DNA of 32,000 nt from Desulfocapsa sulfexigens DSM 10523 (lineage in GTDB: Bacteria > Desulfobacterota > Desulfobulbia > Desulfobulbales > Desulfocapsaceae), in the NCBI RefSeq assembly GCF_000341395.1, contig NC_020304.1, forward strand, positions 1,860,001 through 1,892,000, in the 5' to 3' direction. The translations under genes were made by a program, and so were the position numbers. Below, in pieces: positions 9,199 through 17,231 of the stretch. Each line of letters begins with the position of its first letter. The stretch's first letter is position 1. Below the pieces are notes generated by a model, which was not told the origin of the DNA, did not search any database, and worked only from the letters and a program-made list of their open reading frames with translations.

Positions 9199-10973
9199 CG
9201 GAGGTTGGGTGGCAGCAGCAGGTGAATACGGGAATCAACCAGTTTTTTGGTGGCGTCATCTACTTCAAGTACATCTGTGTACCAGGGTTTCATGCGGCAG
9301 TCAAAGACAATGGGTGGAGTAAGACCTACATGGAACCGTTGAACACTGGTGGCAGCACCATGGATATCGGCGGCAGGTTCAAATCTTGTGAAAAATGTCC
9401 AGAGAAATTCCTGGACAGAGCAGGTTGCTTCATCGCAGTTATCTACCAGCAGTATTGCGGGCCAGTTACTGAGGGCAGGATCTTGAGCTATGTGTTCTGC
9501 AAGATCGGGCTTTTCTTCATATCCAGTGGACTCCAGGACAAGCGTTCCCGGAAGATAGGCCTTTGCTTTCTGACAATGTATTGGGAGGTTCCCAGAAAAT
9601 TCAGTTGGGAGCTCTCGTATCTTTTCTTTTCCGAGGCCCATCATCATGGCCTTTGATCCTTTATTCACTGAAGGTCCGGTGTAATCGAGCGTATCCTGTG
9701 AGACATTTGCAAAAACGAAGAGATCACTATCCCATTGAATGCGTTCAAGAACATGAGTCCATAGTTCAGGGAAGTTAGTGATGTCAATATCACCATCGGT
9801 GAGAATTAAAAATTTTGTAAGGGAGAGTTGTCCTTCTCCAAGAACTCTGAGTCCACAGGCAAAAGCCTCACGAGGATAACGATCAGCAACACGGGCAGCT
9901 GCCAGGCAATGAAAGCCAGTTTCTCCAAAGGTTTTCAGTTCACGGACCCCTTTCATAACCAGTGGGAAAAGTGGTGAAAGCAGATCCTGGAGGAAGTCAC
10001 CAATAAAATAATCTTCCTGTTTTGGTCGGCCAACAATAGTTGCGGGATAGATGGCGTTGTTTCTGTGATAGAGATGAGATGCTTGAAAAACTGGGTAGTC
10101 ATGCTGTAACGAATTGTATCCGTAATGATCTCCAAAGGGACCTTCGGGCTTTCTTAAATGTGGAGGAACTACTCCCCGCACTGCGAATTCGGAATTGGCA
10201 ACTAGCCGATGCCCACCTTTTGGATCAGCCGTCATATCAAGTTTTTTGCCGATCAGCAGAGATGTAAGCATCAGTTCAGGGATATCTTCAGGAAGTGGGG
10301 CTATGGCAGAAAGCATTAGCGCAGGTGGGCCACCTATGTATAGGGTCATCGGTAGTGGTTGATTGAGCTTTTCTGCTTCGTGATAGTGGTAGCCTCCCCC
10401 CTTGTGTATCTGCCAGTGAATACCGGTTGTAGTGTCATCATGGCGTTGGATACGATACATACCAAGATTGTGTCCCTTTCCACCAGGATGTTCAGTGTAG
10501 ACCAGTGGCAACGTGACGAAGGCTCCTCCATCACTATGCCAAGATGTGAGCATGGGTAGACTGCTAAGGCGGGGTGGTAATTGGCAATTTTCAAGGATAG
10601 GGCCATGTTTTTTTTCTTTCAGACCAATCTTCAGGCCCTCTATAAAGAGATTTCGATTATCCCAGAGTTTTTTAGCCTTGAGCGGCATAAGTGATTCGGT
10701 GAGATTTACAAGGTCTCGGACAAAATTTTGCGGCCGAGAACCAAAAGCAAGTTCGAGTCGTTTTGCGGTACCGAAGAGATTGGTAATAACCGGAAACGAA
10801 CTTCCTTTCACTTTTGTAAAGAGAAGAGCAGGGCCCTGACGATGAATGACCCTGCGGTGAATTTCTGCAATTTCCAGATCGGGATTAACTTCTTCATCAA
10901 TAACAAGGAGCTGGTTTTCGCGGCGCAGCAGTTCGATGAAACTGCGCAGGTCGTAGAGGATGTCATGTGCCAT
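9195..10973 (-). CDS. UbiD family (de)carboxylase, menaquinone/ubiquinone-type
   Basis: 592 aa: YDLRSFIELLRRENQLLVIDEEVNPDLEIAEIHRRV, GPALLFTKVKGSSFPVITNLFGT, TGIHWQIHKGGGYHYHEAEK, KPEGPFGDHYGYNSLQHDYPVF. The start overlaps the rluB-like gene by 4 nt. Confidence 0.85.
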   Translation of the reverse strand: MAHDILYDLRSFIELLRRENQLLVIDEEVNPDLEIAEIHRRVIHRQGPALLFTKVKGSSFPVITNLFGTAKRLELAFGSRPQNFVRDLVNLTESLMPLKAKKLWDNRNLFIEGLKIGLKEKKHGPILENCQLPPRLSSLPMLTSWHSDGGAFVTLPLVYTEHPGGKGHNLGMYRIQRHDDTTTGIHWQIHKGGGYHYHEAEKLNQPLPMTLYIGGPPALMLSAIAPLPEDIPELMLTSLLIGKKLDMTADPKGGHRLVANSEFAVRGVVPPHLRKPEGPFGDHYGYNSLQHDYPVFQASHLYHRNNAIYPATIVGRPKQEDYFIGDFLQDLLSPLFPLVMKGVRELKTFGETGFHCLAAARVADRYPREAFACGLRVLGEGQLSLTKFLILTDGDIDITNFPELWTHVLERIQWDSDLFVFANVSQDTLDYTGPSVNKGSKAMMMGLGKEKIRELPTEFSGNLPIHCQKAKAYLPGTLVLESTGYEEKPDLAEHIAQDPALSNWPAILLVDNCDEATCSVQEFLWTFFTRFEPAADIHGAATSVQRFHVGLTPPIVFDCRMKPWYTDVLEVDDATKKLVDSRIHLLLPPNLR

Positions 10974-10987
10974 GGGCGACCTTTAAT

Positions 10988-11230
10988 TTATTTATGGTGG
11001 TGGGGTGACTGTTCGAGAAGGAACAGCTCATGGTATTCATCTTCGCTCATATTGCTTTTGAGAACACCGGTAAAATAATGAACAAGCTCCTGAATCTCTT
11101 CACTTGATAACCTGTTAGCAAGAGTCTGGGCAAGTTCAGGCCTGCCAATAAGCTGGAAAAAGCAGGTAATTGATTTACGGTCATGCTCAATATTCAAGCC
11201 AAAGCACATCTGATGGGGATCAAGATCCAT
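10988..11230 (-). CDS. Small conserved-looking hypothetical protein (80 aa)
   Basis: MDLDPHQMCFGLNIEHDRKSITCFFQLIGRPELAQTLANRLSSEEIQELVHYFTGVLKSNMSEDEYHELFLLEQ. ATG at 11230 lies 20 nt after the upstream gene, whereas the tracked TTG start (11335) would overlap it by 86 nt. Confidence 0.6.
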   Translation of the reverse strand: MDLDPHQMCFGLNIEHDRKSITCFFQLIGRPELAQTLANRLSSEEIQELVHYFTGVLKSNMSEDEYHELFLLEQSPHHHK

Positions 11231-11249
11231 GGAGTATGAGTGGTAAGAG

Positions 11250-11654
11250 TTAGTTGGTTGCAAGCAGCTTCCAATGAATTTTTCTGGTGCGCGGACCGTC
11301 AAATTCACAAAAATAAATGGCCTGCCAGGTACCAAGTTGCAGCCGACTACTGCTTACCATAAGGGTAAGTGATGCTCCCATCAGAGAAGCCATGATGTGG
11401 GAAGGTGAGTTCCCTTCCATATGTTTGAACGGATAGTCTAGCGGAACAATTTCTTTTAATCCCTTAATGATATCCCTTCGTACGTCCGGATCAGCACCTT
11501 CATTGATCGTCAGGCCAGCCGTTGTATGAGGATTGAAAAGATAGCATATTCCTTCCTCAACTCCGGTCTCTGAGACCCGCTTCTGCACCTCGCTTGTGAT
11601 GTCAAGGAGGTGCATATGCTTATTGGTGGGTATGGTAAAGTTGCCAGAATACAT
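11250..11654 (-). CDS. yjbQ: YjbQ/UPF0047 family protein (secondary thiamine-phosphate synthase type)
   Basis: GVEEGICYLFNPHTTAGLTINEGADPDVRRDI, HMEGNSPSHIMASLMGASLTLMVSSSRLQLGTWQAIYFCEFDGPRTRKI. Confidence 0.9.
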   Translation of the reverse strand: MYSGNFTIPTNKHMHLLDITSEVQKRVSETGVEEGICYLFNPHTTAGLTINEGADPDVRRDIIKGLKEIVPLDYPFKHMEGNSPSHIMASLMGASLTLMVSSSRLQLGTWQAIYFCEFDGPRTRKIHWKLLATN

Positions 11655-11655
11655 A

Positions 11656-12111
11656 TTAATTTTTCAGCTGCCAGTGGCCATAGCTATCACGGCAGGCGGT
11701 GGTGTAGACAGTTTCCGTTTTTCCATTAATTATTGACTGGATTTGCGCTTGCCGGCAGGGTTGGTTTGTGGATGGATTAGTATAGGCTGGCTGAGGAGTA
11801 ACCTGATACTGGTTTCCGTTGTCAGGGTTTTGCCAGGCGTTGGTTTGCCCTGAAACTCCACGCTCATATACGTGATTAAGTTGCTCTCTGTCGTATTTGT
11901 CCATCTCGTTACCAATCATATAACCAAGCATGGTTCCAACGGCAGCTCCTATGAGGGTAGCTTCTGTGTTATGCCCTATAGCCTGACCAATCAAGGCACC
12001 ACCAGCAGCACCACCAACGGCACCCATTCCTGCTTTGTTGGGTCCATTGGCACATGAGGATAAAAGAAGGGTTAAGCTCAGGATAACAGGAATAATAATA
12101 GTACTTTTCAT
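11656..12111 (-). CDS. Glycine-zipper lipoprotein (17 kDa surface-antigen / YMGG-like)
   Basis: Signal peptide and lipobox LLLSSCANG, glycine-zipper AGMGAVGGAAGGALIGQAIGHNTEATLIGAAVGTMLGYMIGNEMD, C-terminal CRQAQIQSIINGKTETVYTTACRDSYGHWQLKN. Met at 12111. Confidence 0.8.
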   Translation of the reverse strand: MKSTIIIPVILSLTLLLSSCANGPNKAGMGAVGGAAGGALIGQAIGHNTEATLIGAAVGTMLGYMIGNEMDKYDREQLNHVYERGVSGQTNAWQNPDNGNQYQVTPQPAYTNPSTNQPCRQAQIQSIINGKTETVYTTACRDSYGHWQLKN

Positions 12112-12203
12112 TGTGGACTCCTTGGAAATGGTGAAAGAAAACTCAGATAGTTGTGAAAACAAATAGTCATGCCCTTTCGTTTGTCAATCATCCGAAGATG
12201 AAA

Positions 12204-12542
12204 TCAGGATCGATCAATTTTTTTATTAAGCGCATACAATTGCTCCAGACGCAATTTACTGCGTCGCAGCTGTTCTATCTCATCGAGCAGATCAAGGGCA
12301 AGTGCGGTGCCTGGGAGATTGACTCGTAAATCTTCCTGAAGGCGAATTGATATCTGGATTCGTCTAACTTCAAATGCTGCAAATCGCCATTCCCGAGGAT
12401 CATGTCCCTGTGGTGAGATTATCCCTTCATCAATAAGATCCTGAACAAATTGGGCGTGAACCTTACAGATATTGCAGAGTTCACGGAGGCTGTATGCGCA
12501 GTTTTCATCAATAATTGTATACTGGAGTTCAGTAGTCATCAT
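12204..12542 (-). CDS. cbpM: Chaperone modulator CbpM (MerR-like fold)
   Basis: YSLRELCNICKVHAQFVQDLIDEGIISPQGHDPREWRFAAFEVRRIQISIRLQEDLRVNLPGTALALDLLDEIEQLR, directly following and 1-nt overlapping a cbpA-like gene. Confidence 0.85.
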   Translation of the reverse strand: MMTTELQYTIIDENCAYSLRELCNICKVHAQFVQDLIDEGIISPQGHDPREWRFAAFEVRRIQISIRLQEDLRVNLPGTALALDLLDEIEQLRRSKLRLEQLYALNKKIDRS

Positions 12543-13510
12543 TATACTCCAAGGTGGCTGCGAGGGTTAAAAGACATGGTTTTTTTCATACGGTTGTAGA
12601 GCTCTTTATCGGCATCTGTAAGGGGTTTTGGTACCATGATGGCAAGAGTCACATACTGGTCACCACTCAGTTTTGTAGAACAGAGGCCCCTGCCTTTGAG
12701 TCGAAGTTTTTTCCCCGTCTGAGAGTTTGGTGGTATTTTTAGCTCTACAGTTCCGCCGAGCGTCGGAACAGGGATGGTAGCTCCAAGTGCTGCTTCCCAT
12801 GGAGAAATTGGCAGAGTAAGCAGAATGTCGCGATTATCGGGAACAAAATAGTTGTGGGCTGCAAATGCCACTTCGAGAAAGAGGTCACCATTGTCGCCAC
12901 CGCCAATTCCCTCGGCACCCTGTCCAGCCAGTCGAATCTGCTGGCCTGCAGTAATTCCTTTTGGAATGGAAACCTGCAGAGTGTGAGGACGGGTGGTTAC
13001 GTGGCCGGAGCCATCAACAGCCGGGCGTTGCAGGGTGAGTGATTGTTTACTGCCGTGATAACTGTCCTCCAGTTGTATGACTATTTTGGCGTGTAGATCC
13101 TGCCCTTTACCTGAATAACGACTGTGTCGGCCGGTAAATGGGCCCTGTCGCCTTGCCTCCGCTTTTCTCTGTGCGCCAAAAAGAGATTCAAAGAAATCAC
13201 TGAATTGAGAAGCGTCGGTCTCAGTATATCCGCCACCTGTGAATTCAAAACCATTATCCCAGTTAGGCGGTGGCTTAAAATCTTGACCAGCCTTCCAGTC
13301 TTTGCCGAATTTGTCGTAGGCAGCCCGCTTTTCTACGTCCTGTAAAACCTCGTAGGCCTCACCAATTTCTTTGAAACGCCCTTCAGCTGTGGCCTCCTTG
13401 TTGATATCCGGATGATACTTTCGAGCGAGTTTTCTGTAGGCCCGTTTTACTTCATCCTGAGTGGCATTTCGATCAATGCCCAAGGTTGTGTAGTAGTCTT
13501 TGAATTCCAT
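12542..13510 (-). CDS. cbpA: DnaJ-class co-chaperone / curved DNA-binding protein CbpA
   Basis: J domain [34 protein letters not shown] with HPD, no zinc-finger CxxCxGxG repeats, C-terminal DnaJ substrate domain. Confidence 0.9.
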   Translation of the reverse strand: MEFKDYYTTLGIDRNATQDEVKRAYRKLARKYHPDINKEATAEGRFKEIGEAYEVLQDVEKRAAYDKFGKDWKAGQDFKPPPNWDNGFEFTGGGYTETDASQFSDFFESLFGAQRKAEARRQGPFTGRHSRYSGKGQDLHAKIVIQLEDSYHGSKQSLTLQRPAVDGSGHVTTRPHTLQVSIPKGITAGQQIRLAGQGAEGIGGGDNGDLFLEVAFAAHNYFVPDNRDILLTLPISPWEAALGATIPVPTLGGTVELKIPPNSQTGKKLRLKGRGLCSTKLSGDQYVTLAIMVPKPLTDADKELYNRMKKTMSFNPRSHLGV

Positions 13511-13608
13511 ATTCAGTCCTGGGTGGTTTTGATCATGATTCTATCTGTACATGGCTGTATTTTACCGCATATTGGACTAAATTAAAGGAAATAAATCGTA
13601 CGGCACTA

Positions 13609-14772
13609 TTAAGACCTTGTTCTTCCGGGTAGCATCAGAATAAAAGGAATACCCAGCAATCCGACTGCAGCACTGACAAGGTAGGCTGATTGTAGTCCGC
13701 TCCGGTCAGCTATCATGCCAATAACAACCACCATTGATGCACGAGCCATAAAAGCGATCAACATAAACATACCATTGGCGGCTGCGGGAGAGTTTTTTGC
13801 GTGTTCCTGAATCAGGGCGAGCATAACCGGAGTAGTGGATAGTATCATGAAACCACAACTGACCAGGGATACCATCCGAACCCAATCGTTGCTGATCACA
13901 AAGAGGAGAACGCTCAATGGCGCTCCCACCAGAGATATCAGTAGTACCCGTCGTCTACCTAGGTAATCACTGAGCGACCCGGCAGTTAGCACGCCAGCAA
14001 CTCCAGCAGCCTCAAACAGCATCAGAGCCATTCCGCCCAGCCAGATACTGCCACTTTCATTTTGAATAAAAAGGGGTAAAAAGGCGGTCATAGATCCGTG
14101 CATAAAACTACGCGCCAGGAGTATGAATGTGAGTGGCATAAGGATGTGTCGCATTTCTTTAAATGTGGTGATAAGTGAGATCTTGTTGCCGTTATTATGA
14201 AAAGAAAGATCTACATTTCTGAACCGTACAAAGAGCCAGACGGAGGCGGCAATACCTACGATCATAATAGGCCAGATCCCTTCAAACCCAAGCAAAGAGA
14301 CTGCGCTCACTGCAATCAATGGCCCTATTGTCCGGGCAAGTTCCCCACCAGTCATAAAGAAGCTCATTCCTCTACCCTTTCGTGACCCGGCCATACGGGC
14401 AATCATTACGGGAGCGGGTACATGGAACATGGCAATGCTGATTCCTGCAATAAAGAGGAGAAGGAGCAATACTCCATAAGTCGGCGCAAGTCCGATCAGG
14501 CTCATGGGGATGGCTGTCATCATGGGTGCCAGAATAACAAAATAGCGAAGACTAGCCCTATCAGCCAGCATTCCGATAAAGGGATTCATCAGAGCGGGAA
14601 GCTGCATAACTGCAGAGAGAAAACCTGCTTGTGTCAGTGACATGGAAAGCTTATCGATCAGCAGGGGGAGAAGGGGAGCGAGAAAGGACGAGTATACGTC
14701 GTGAATAAAATGGCAGAATGAAAGCAGGAGGATTTCTGCTGCTTTAAATGAAGAATGCTTTGTGTTTTGCAT
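13609..14772 (-). CDS. MFS transporter (fosmidomycin-resistance Fsr-like)
   Basis: About 12 hydrophobic segments; CHFIHDVYSSFLAPLLPLLIDKLSMSLTQAGFL is typical of the Fsr group; GSLSDYLGRRRVL. Confidence 0.8.
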   Translation of the reverse strand: MQNTKHSSFKAAEILLLSFCHFIHDVYSSFLAPLLPLLIDKLSMSLTQAGFLSAVMQLPALMNPFIGMLADRASLRYFVILAPMMTAIPMSLIGLAPTYGVLLLLLFIAGISIAMFHVPAPVMIARMAGSRKGRGMSFFMTGGELARTIGPLIAVSAVSLLGFEGIWPIMIVGIAASVWLFVRFRNVDLSFHNNGNKISLITTFKEMRHILMPLTFILLARSFMHGSMTAFLPLFIQNESGSIWLGGMALMLFEAAGVAGVLTAGSLSDYLGRRRVLLISLVGAPLSVLLFVISNDWVRMVSLVSCGFMILSTTPVMLALIQEHAKNSPAAANGMFMLIAFMARASMVVVIGMIADRSGLQSAYLVSAAVGLLGIPFILMLPGRTRS

Positions 14773-14970
14773 GGTTGTCTCTATTATAGGTGAAGGTGTG
14801 AATGCGAGTCCTCACGGTTCTCTGCCTTGTGTGCGGTTGTTGGCTACAGTAAGGGGAGAAAAAAACAAATAGCACGCGGCCATTCGTGGTTATGTGTGCC
14901 TGATTCTTTTGGATTGCCAATATTTATAACGATATTTGAATGCAATTAGGAAAGCATTTTTATCTAAGAA

Positions 14971-16581
14971 TTACTTGTCTGTGACAAGCATTATTCGACC
15001 ATCCGGGGCGGGAGGATTCAGGGTCTTATTCTGTGTTATAGCCATGGACATTATCGAGTAGAGGGTGGTGTAGGTGTTAGTTTGATTCTGACCATATTGG
15101 TTAAACCAGTAATATTTGTTTCCTTCATGCTTGGCAAGAAAAGCATTTGTTGCCACAGAGTATGTTTTTTCAGGATCCAGCGGACTGTAAGAGTTGTCCT
15201 TGTTACGTACCTGGATCGTAACTAATTGGTTACCTTTTTTGTTCACTTCCCACTTTCCATTTTTCTCGGTAATCTCTTGTACAGAGGCGTTTGTCTGTAT
15301 CTTGATCCTGGCACCGGCAATTTGCAGAAAACCGCCCTCTCCTAAAGACGCAGCAGAGTGCTCCAGTATTTCACGAAGGTATTGACCCTTAATTTTCAGC
15401 AAATAGATGTCATTTTCAAAAGCATCTATTTCGTAGAGCATGGTGTCTGTCACCGGTCCGGCAGGGTAAACTTTGTTTCCCCTGAATGCGCCACCATTGT
15501 TCAGTACCAGATCGACTTTGAATTTTTCAAGAATAAGATCATTGACCATGTCAGCAACACTGGATTCCTCTGATCGGACTGATTTCTTGTCGAGATGCCA
15601 CTCTTTGTCAGTGCTCCCAAGTATTACTGCTCCAGGCAATTGATCTGTGAAATGTTTCAACTGTTCTGAGGTGTTGGGGTCTTCCTGAATGGATGCAACT
15701 ATTGGAATCAGCGAATACTTGGCAGAAAGGGGGAGAAGCCGCTTGTTTGCATCGAGTTCCATATCCAGGCGAACCAGAGCCGTTCCTTTTTCACCACCAT
15801 TTACAATAAGGGTGTCATTAATGGTTTCCATCTGTGTCAGGTAATCATGAGAATGACCACCGAAAATAATGTCAATTCCATTCACTCCAGCTGCCAGTTG
15901 TCTGTCGAGGTCAATTCCTAAATGAGTAACCGCTACAATGATATCAACATTTTCCTTCTTGAGGGAACTGATCATTTCTTCAGCAATTGAAAAGGTAGGT
16001 TCTTTTAGGGTGACATCGCCACCATTGGTTACGTAGGCAAACTCTGGAGTCATTAAGGAGAAGTAGCCAATACGAATATCATCATATTCTGTGATGAATA
16101 TTGTAAGGCAGGAGTTGTCAAGTGCGGTGCCTTTAATATTGAGGTCAGAACACAGGGTAGTGAGGTCTGTTTCAGAGAGGGCCTCGCCAAGCATACCTGA
16201 ACCATGGTCAAACTCATGGTTGCCAAGACCATAGATATCATAGCCTGCTACCTTGAGAAGTTTTATGATGGCCTTTCCCTGAAAAGTATTAAAGTACCGT
16301 CCCATTAAATCATCACCGGATGATAGAACAATGACAGGGGTTTTGGATTCAGTTTTTGTTTTCTTGATAATGGAAGCTATACGACTGATACCACCGACCA
16401 CCTGGGTCTTATTGCCAGTGCCATCCAGATCAATTGAGCTTAAAGAAGGCTCAAGTTGCCCCTGTAAATCTGCAGTTCCTAAGAATGTGAGATGCTTGGT
16501 GTTTGATGCTGCAACACCATTGCAGCAATAGAGAGAAAAGGTGATAAGTGTGGCACAAAGAAAGATTGTTTTGGATTGCAT
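14971..16581 (-). CDS. Exported metallophosphatase / 5'-nucleotidase (UshA/CpdB-like)
   Basis: Signal peptide, LTFLGTADLQGQLEP, VIVLSSGDDLMGRYFN, GLGNHEFDHGSGML, GGHSHDYLTQ, 5'-nucleotidase C-terminal domain VLNNGGAFRG. Confidence 0.85.
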   Translation of the reverse strand: MQSKTIFLCATLITFSLYCCNGVAASNTKHLTFLGTADLQGQLEPSLSSIDLDGTGNKTQVVGGISRIASIIKKTKTESKTPVIVLSSGDDLMGRYFNTFQGKAIIKLLKVAGYDIYGLGNHEFDHGSGMLGEALSETDLTTLCSDLNIKGTALDNSCLTIFITEYDDIRIGYFSLMTPEFAYVTNGGDVTLKEPTFSIAEEMISSLKKENVDIIVAVTHLGIDLDRQLAAGVNGIDIIFGGHSHDYLTQMETINDTLIVNGGEKGTALVRLDMELDANKRLLPLSAKYSLIPIVASIQEDPNTSEQLKHFTDQLPGAVILGSTDKEWHLDKKSVRSEESSVADMVNDLILEKFKVDLVLNNGGAFRGNKVYPAGPVTDTMLYEIDAFENDIYLLKIKGQYLREILEHSAASLGEGGFLQIAGARIKIQTNASVQEITEKNGKWEVNKKGNQLVTIQVRNKDNSYSPLDPEKTYSVATNAFLAKHEGNKYYWFNQYGQNQTNTYTTLYSIMSMAITQNKTLNPPAPDGRIMLVTDK

Positions 16582-16620
16582 GGGGATCCCTTAGCTAAAG
16601 TTTCCAAAAAAAAATCATAT

Positions 16621-16816
16621 TATAGATATTCCTGATTACCATCGAAACTCAGCTTTGCAACCCTGAGTTGTTCCGTGTCGATTATATGGGACGCCATAAA
16701 CCCATCCCTGGGGGCTCTGCTGCGGCCGTCCATGCCGCAGATGCCCATATAATCAACACGAAACAACTCCTCCTCAAACGGGTAGGCTGATGATTAGTGG
16801 TAATCAGGTAGATATT
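16621..16816. repeat. ~195-bp foldback (long inverted repeat), MITE-like or structured RNA element
   Basis: Inner arms 16665-16690 (GAGTTGTTCCGTGTCGATTATATGGG) and 16744-16769 (CCCATATAATCAACACGAAACAACTC): 24/26 complementary. Outer arms CCTGATTACCA (16631-16641) and TGGTAATCAGG (16798-16808): 11/11. Central stem CTGCGGC-CGTCCAT-GCCGCAG. Confidence 0.75.
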
Positions 16817-16909
16817 TGGGGGGCAGACTATAGGTTTTTTATATCGTCAAAAAAACTGATTTGTCCCTGATTGTCTGTTTGTTTTCATGGTAGCCATATT
16901 AGCTCAATA

Positions 16910-17170
16910 TCACGAGTTAACCCCTGCAACCAAAAGCAACACTCCCAAAAAACCGACAAAAAAACCAATAATACTTAAAACTGTGTACAGCCCTTTATCT
17001 GCTGTATGAGTTCGCGATAACTCTATATTTGGAAATTCAACACCTCCATCTGAAGAGCGATGTTCTGATTCATACTTTTTCAGAACTGTCATTTTTTCAC
17101 GCGCCTTGGTAATCATAAAAATACCAATTGCTACGAACAGAGTTCCTAGTAGGAGTGCTGGTATAGACAT
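16910..17170 (-). CDS. Small membrane protein of unknown function (86 aa, two hydrophobic segments)
   Basis: MSIPALLLGTLFVAIGIFMITKAREKM...GLYTVLSIIGFFVGFLGVLLLVAGVNS. Co-directional with neighbours. Confidence 0.55.
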   Translation of the reverse strand: MSIPALLLGTLFVAIGIFMITKAREKMTVLKKYESEHRSSDGGVEFPNIELSRTHTADKGLYTVLSIIGFFVGFLGVLLLVAGVNS

Positions 17171-17231
17171 ATATATCCTATCGTTATTAAATGGGGATGT
17201 GGTGAATTTTCCATGAAAGTAAGTTGATAGA

